Both the position numbers and the translations under genes were made by a program. 64,000 nucleotides of DNA from assembly GCA_963737635.1 (NCBI GenBank), contig CAVTTL010000001.1, positions 608,001 to 672,000 of the forward strand, written 5' to 3'. Positions 60,337 through 64,000 of this stretch are shown piece after piece; within the stretch, counting starts at the first letter, position 1; the number at the start of each line of letters is the position of its first letter. A model generated the notes under the pieces. The model saw only the letters and a list, made by a program, of their open reading frames with translations, was not told where the DNA came from and ran no database searches. Source of the DNA: an uncultured Methanoregulaceae archaeon (GTDB lineage: Archaea > Halobacteriota > Methanomicrobia > Methanomicrobiales > Methanospirillaceae).

Positions 60337-63300
60337 GTGAAAGAAGTCACCGCGAACTTCAATGCAAAGGATATTGAGCGCAAAGTGCAGGACTCCTGGC
60401 GTACCGAGGGAACCTACAAGGCAGTAAAGGAGCTCCGGAGTGCCGGCAAGACCTTCTTTTTTGTCGATGGCCCGCCGTACACCACGGGACAGATCCATCT
60501 CGGCACCGCGTGGAACAAAATTATAAAAGACTCGCTTCTCCGGTTCCACCGGATGAACGGGCGGAACGTGATCGACCGTGCGGGGTACGATATGCACGGT
60601 CTTCCTATAGAGGTCAAAGTCGAACAGACCCTTGGGTTCTCCTCGAAAAAGGATATCGAGACATTTGGGATACAGGAATTTATCGATAAGTGCCGGGATT
60701 TCGCAGTAAAGAATAAGCAATTGATGGACGCCCAATTCGAGAGTCTGGGTATCTGGATGAATTTCCCGGGTGCATACCAGACGATTACCCCGGGGTATGT
60801 GGAGGCGGCCTGGTGGACCCTGGCCCGGGCCGAAGAGAAGGGGATGCTGGAGAGGGGGTACCGGGTTGTGAACTGGTGTCCCCGGTGTGAAACGGCAATC
60901 GCGGATGCCGAGGTCGAATACTGGGACGAGACCGATCCATCGGTATTTGTCAAATTCCCCATTAAGGGAAAGACGGATGAGTTTCTCGTGATCTGGACGA
61001 CAACTCCCTGGACGTTGCCGGCCAATGTCGCGGTGGCGGTGGCAAAAGATTTTGTCTATGCGAAGGTTCGGGCGGAGAAAGACGGGAATTCGGAATACCT
61101 CTGGCTGGCAGAACCGCTGGTAAAACCCGTGCTCAAGAAAGGGCGATACCAGAAATTCGAGGTGTTAGGGATAAAAAAAGGCTCAGAACTGGTGGGGTGG
61201 GAATACGATTCTCCCCTTGCCAACCATGTCCCGCTCCAACGTGAGATTGCACACCGGGTCGTAGCCGCGGATTTTGTGGCGATGGAAAATACCGGTCTTG
61301 TGCATATTGCACCCGGTCACGGCTGGGACGACTACGTTCTCGGTATGAAAGAAAAACTCGCCGTGGTATGCCCGGTCGACGGCGCAGGGAGGTTCAGGCC
61401 CGAGGCCGGTGTATTTGCCGGAAAGGTAGTCCGGAATGCCAATAACGAGGTGCTCGATACCCTCGGGAGCTGCCTGCTGGCGACCGATACGATCGTCCAC
61501 CGGTACGGGCACTGCTGGCGCTGCAAGACACCGATTATCTTCCGGGCGACCTCGCAGTGGTTCCTCAAGGCCTCGGAGATCCGCGACCTCATGCTTGCTG
61601 AAGTGGAGAAGGTTACGTGGTATCCCGAATGGGCGGGAAGCGCCCGGTTTTATGACTGGATCAAGGAGGCCCGGGACTGGTGCATCTCCCGGCAGCGGTA
61701 CTGGGGCATTCCGATCCCGGTCTGGATCTGCGATACCTGTGACCACTATCGGGTTATAGGCACAATCGCTGAGCTCGAAAAGGCGAGCGGCCAAGCTGTC
61801 CCCGATCCCCACCGCCCGTTTGTGGACGACGTAACGATCCCTTGTACGTGTGGCGGCACCATGCACCGGGTCGAGGACATCTTCGATGTCTGGTTCGATT
61901 CGGCGGTCGCTTCATGGGCCACGCTTGGTTTCCCGGCAGAGACTGCTGGTTTTGAAAAACACTGGCCGGCAGATTTTATCACTGAAGGACAGGATCAGAC
62001 CCGGGGCTGGTTCTACTCGCAGCTCGGTGCAAGCACCATCGCGTTTGGAAAAGCACCGTACAAGAGTGTCTGCATGCATGGATTCGCGCTCGACGCTGAG
62101 GGAAAGAAGATGTCAAAGAGCCTCGGCAACGTCGTGACACCCGAGGAGGTAATCGCAAAAGTGGGGGTAGACGTCCTCCGTTTCTACGTGCTCTCATCTT
62201 CGGCCCCGTGGGACGATCTGAAGTTCAACTGGGACGGGGTCGCGACGGTCAACCGTGCGGTAAATATCCTCTGGAACGTGTACCGGTTCCCCATCCCGTA
62301 TATGATCCTTGATAGCTTCGAGCCCCAAACAAAGAACGGGATCTGGGACGCTGCGTTCATCACCACCCGCATCCGCCAGCTCCCGGACGAGGATCGCTGG
62401 ATAATCTCCCGGATAAATTCAGTCGCCGGCATCGTTGATGTGGCAACCCGGGAATGCCAGCTTCACCGGGCGACCCGGGAACTGATCAATTTCATTCTCG
62501 AAGATCTCTCGCGCTGGTACGTCCAGCTGGTCAGGCCCCGGATGTGGCTCGAGGGGGAATCACAGGAGAAACTGTTTGCCTACGAGACGATCTATTACGT
62601 GATGCGTCGGCTTATGGGTCTTATGGCTCCCTTCTGCCCTCACATCACGGAGGAGATCTATGGTAATATCCGGTGCAGGAACGACCCGGCAAGCGTTCAT
62701 ATGCTCGACTGGCAGGGTCGAGATGATATACTGGTCAATGCCGAACTGGAGCACGCGATGGAACTTGTCCGTTCTTTCGACGACGCGGTCCAGAACGCCC
62801 GGCAGGCAGGAAAAAGGAAACTCCGCTGGCCGGTAGAAGAGGTGGTCATCGTTACAGATCAGCCTGCGGTAAAGGATGCGGTGGCCCGGCTCAACGAGAT
62901 CTGCCGGGACCGGGCGAATGCCCGCAAGGTCACGATAGTGATGGGCCGGTGGGACCGGATCGGCTGGCACGCGGAGCCGGTGATGAAGGCACTCGGGAAA
63001 GGGTTTGGCAAAAATTCATTCAAAATCAAGGGGCTCATCGAGGCTGCGGATGGCAACGCGATCAAGGCGGCAGTCAATACCGGACGGACATATACGCTGA
63101 CCAACGATGGGGAGGTCTTTGAGATCGGTGGGGAGCATGTGACCTTTACGGAAAAACTACCAACGGATATCTTCTCCGCTCCTATGGAAGACGCAACCGT
63201 ATACGTCGATGTGGCGCTCACGCCGGATCTTGAGGCGGAAGGCTACGCCCGGGAAGTGATCCGCCGTATCCAGGAGATGCGCCGGCAGCTTGATCTTGCA

Positions 63301-63516
63301 GTCGAAGATTTCATTTCTGCCGATGTGGCCATTGCCGACGAGCGGATCTGCGGGCTCCTCAGCGCCGGCTGGAAGACGGGGATCGCAGACGAAGTGAGGG
63401 CAAAAGAGTTATCGCTCCACCTTGCCGGGGCCTGCGAGTCGCGGTCATACAAACTCGTGAAAGACTGGGATGTCGAAGGCGTCATGATGACCATCGGCAT
63501 CTCAAAAGCGATATGA
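60337..63516 (+). CDS. ileS: Isoleucyl-tRNA synthetase
   Basis: DGPPY, HLGT, WTTTPWTLP, DWCISRQR, KMSKS; GTG start. Confidence 0.98.
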   Translation: MKEVTANFNAKDIERKVQDSWRTEGTYKAVKELRSAGKTFFFVDGPPYTTGQIHLGTAWNKIIKDSLLRFHRMNGRNVIDRAGYDMHGLPIEVKVEQTLGFSSKKDIETFGIQEFIDKCRDFAVKNKQLMDAQFESLGIWMNFPGAYQTITPGYVEAAWWTLARAEEKGMLERGYRVVNWCPRCETAIADAEVEYWDETDPSVFVKFPIKGKTDEFLVIWTTTPWTLPANVAVAVAKDFVYAKVRAEKDGNSEYLWLAEPLVKPVLKKGRYQKFEVLGIKKGSELVGWEYDSPLANHVPLQREIAHRVVAADFVAMENTGLVHIAPGHGWDDYVLGMKEKLAVVCPVDGAGRFRPEAGVFAGKVVRNANNEVLDTLGSCLLATDTIVHRYGHCWRCKTPIIFRATSQWFLKASEIRDLMLAEVEKVTWYPEWAGSARFYDWIKEARDWCISRQRYWGIPIPVWICDTCDHYRVIGTIAELEKASGQAVPDPHRPFVDDVTIPCTCGGTMHRVEDIFDVWFDSAVASWATLGFPAETAGFEKHWPADFITEGQDQTRGWFYSQLGASTIAFGKAPYKSVCMHGFALDAEGKKMSKSLGNVVTPEEVIAKVGVDVLRFYVLSSSAPWDDLKFNWDGVATVNRAVNILWNVYRFPIPYMILDSFEPQTKNGIWDAAFITTRIRQLPDEDRWIISRINSVAGIVDVATRECQLHRATRELINFILEDLSRWYVQLVRPRMWLEGESQEKLFAYETIYYVMRRLMGLMAPFCPHITEEIYGNIRCRNDPASVHMLDWQGRDDILVNAELEHAMELVRSFDDAVQNARQAGKRKLRWPVEEVVIVTDQPAVKDAVARLNEICRDRANARKVTIVMGRWDRIGWHAEPVMKALGKGFGKNSFKIKGLIEAADGNAIKAAVNTGRTYTLTNDGEVFEIGGEHVTFTEKLPTDIFSAPMEDATVYVDVALTPDLEAEGYAREVIRRIQEMRRQLDLAVEDFISADVAIADERICGLLSAGWKTGIADEVRAKELSLHLAGACESRSYKLVKDWDVEGVMMTIGISKAI

Positions 63517-63571
63517 TCGGGTTTGGGTTTAACCTAGCCGAAATTCTTCTCTTTTTTCAGAGGGAAAATAT

Positions 63572-64000
63572 TCAGGGATCGATTCCGCCAACCAGTTTCC
63601 TCACAAACGCCTGCCCCTCCGGCGTCGAAAAGAGCGGCAGGTTGCGATCGGCCGCTACAACGCTCCGGGCAACCGTAACGTGCTCGTTTGTGACCGGATT
63701 ATAGCCCTCTTTCTGTACCTCTTTTTTACAGACCAGAACCCCCCGGCGCTGCCAGGCCGGCGTCTTTGCGAGGTTGACGCCACGCTTGTGCATCATCTCG
63801 TGGAGCTCCTGCGCCGGCATGCCTTTAAGCTGTCTTGCGGCGTCAGTGGCATCTAATCCTTCCTCAATTAATGCATGCTGGCAGTAGGCGTTCAGGTGAT
63901 TGCGCCATGCCTCGTCCTGCCGGCCGGTCATGTAAAGAACCGCGAATTCCGGCGTAGCCTGCACGATCCGGGCATCGAAAGCGAGCGGCTCGTCTGCACC
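63572..64000 (-). CDS. thg1: tRNA(His) guanylyltransferase Thg1-like protein, 5' part outside the window
   Basis: AFDARI, RQDEAWRNHLNAY, LHEMM, PAWQRRG. Confidence 0.88.
   Translation of the reverse strand, partial: GADEPLAFDARIVQATPEFAVLYMTGRQDEAWRNHLNAYCQHALIEEGLDATDAARQLKGMPAQELHEMMHKRGVNLAKTPAWQRRGVLVCKKEVQKEGYNPVTNEHVTVARSVVAADRNLPLFSTPEGQAFVRKLVGGIDP

Overview
Core-genome segment of a hydrogenotrophic methanogen, most consistent with Methanomicrobiales (Methanoregula-like) given cofC/cofG, hypF, the archaeal mevalonate cluster and gene order. It holds the large information-processing superoperon (tRNA-Ser, rps13-rps4-rps11-rpoD-rpl18e-rpl13-rps9-rpoN, tRNA-Pro, rpoK-eno-rps2-MEMO1-mvk-ipk-fni-rnj-idsA-gltX), a five-gene CBS cluster divergent from an OapA/ArvA GTPase plus OapC/ArvC pair, rps15-DHH-pcc1-rps3ae, hypF, and dtdA-ftsZ-secE-spt5 separated from rpl11-rpl1-rpl10-rpl12 by about 8 kb of accessory genes (ABC exporter, SDR, MFS, two DUF169, iron-sulfur flavoprotein, lipoprotein). 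It ends with ileS and a partial Thg1-like gene. I saw no CRISPR array, integrase or transposase. Many single-base frameshifts, including in essential genes, point to sequencing or assembly error; the USP, first MFS and one CBS gene look genuinely decayed. Best leads: a stand-alone HEPN-motif protein, DtdA carrying an RNase Z-type flexible arm, arvA-arvC without arvB, a DUF169-pair/Isf module, a divergent bacterial-type RNase III, and two structured ribosomal leaders. All family assignments come from motif recognition, not database searches.
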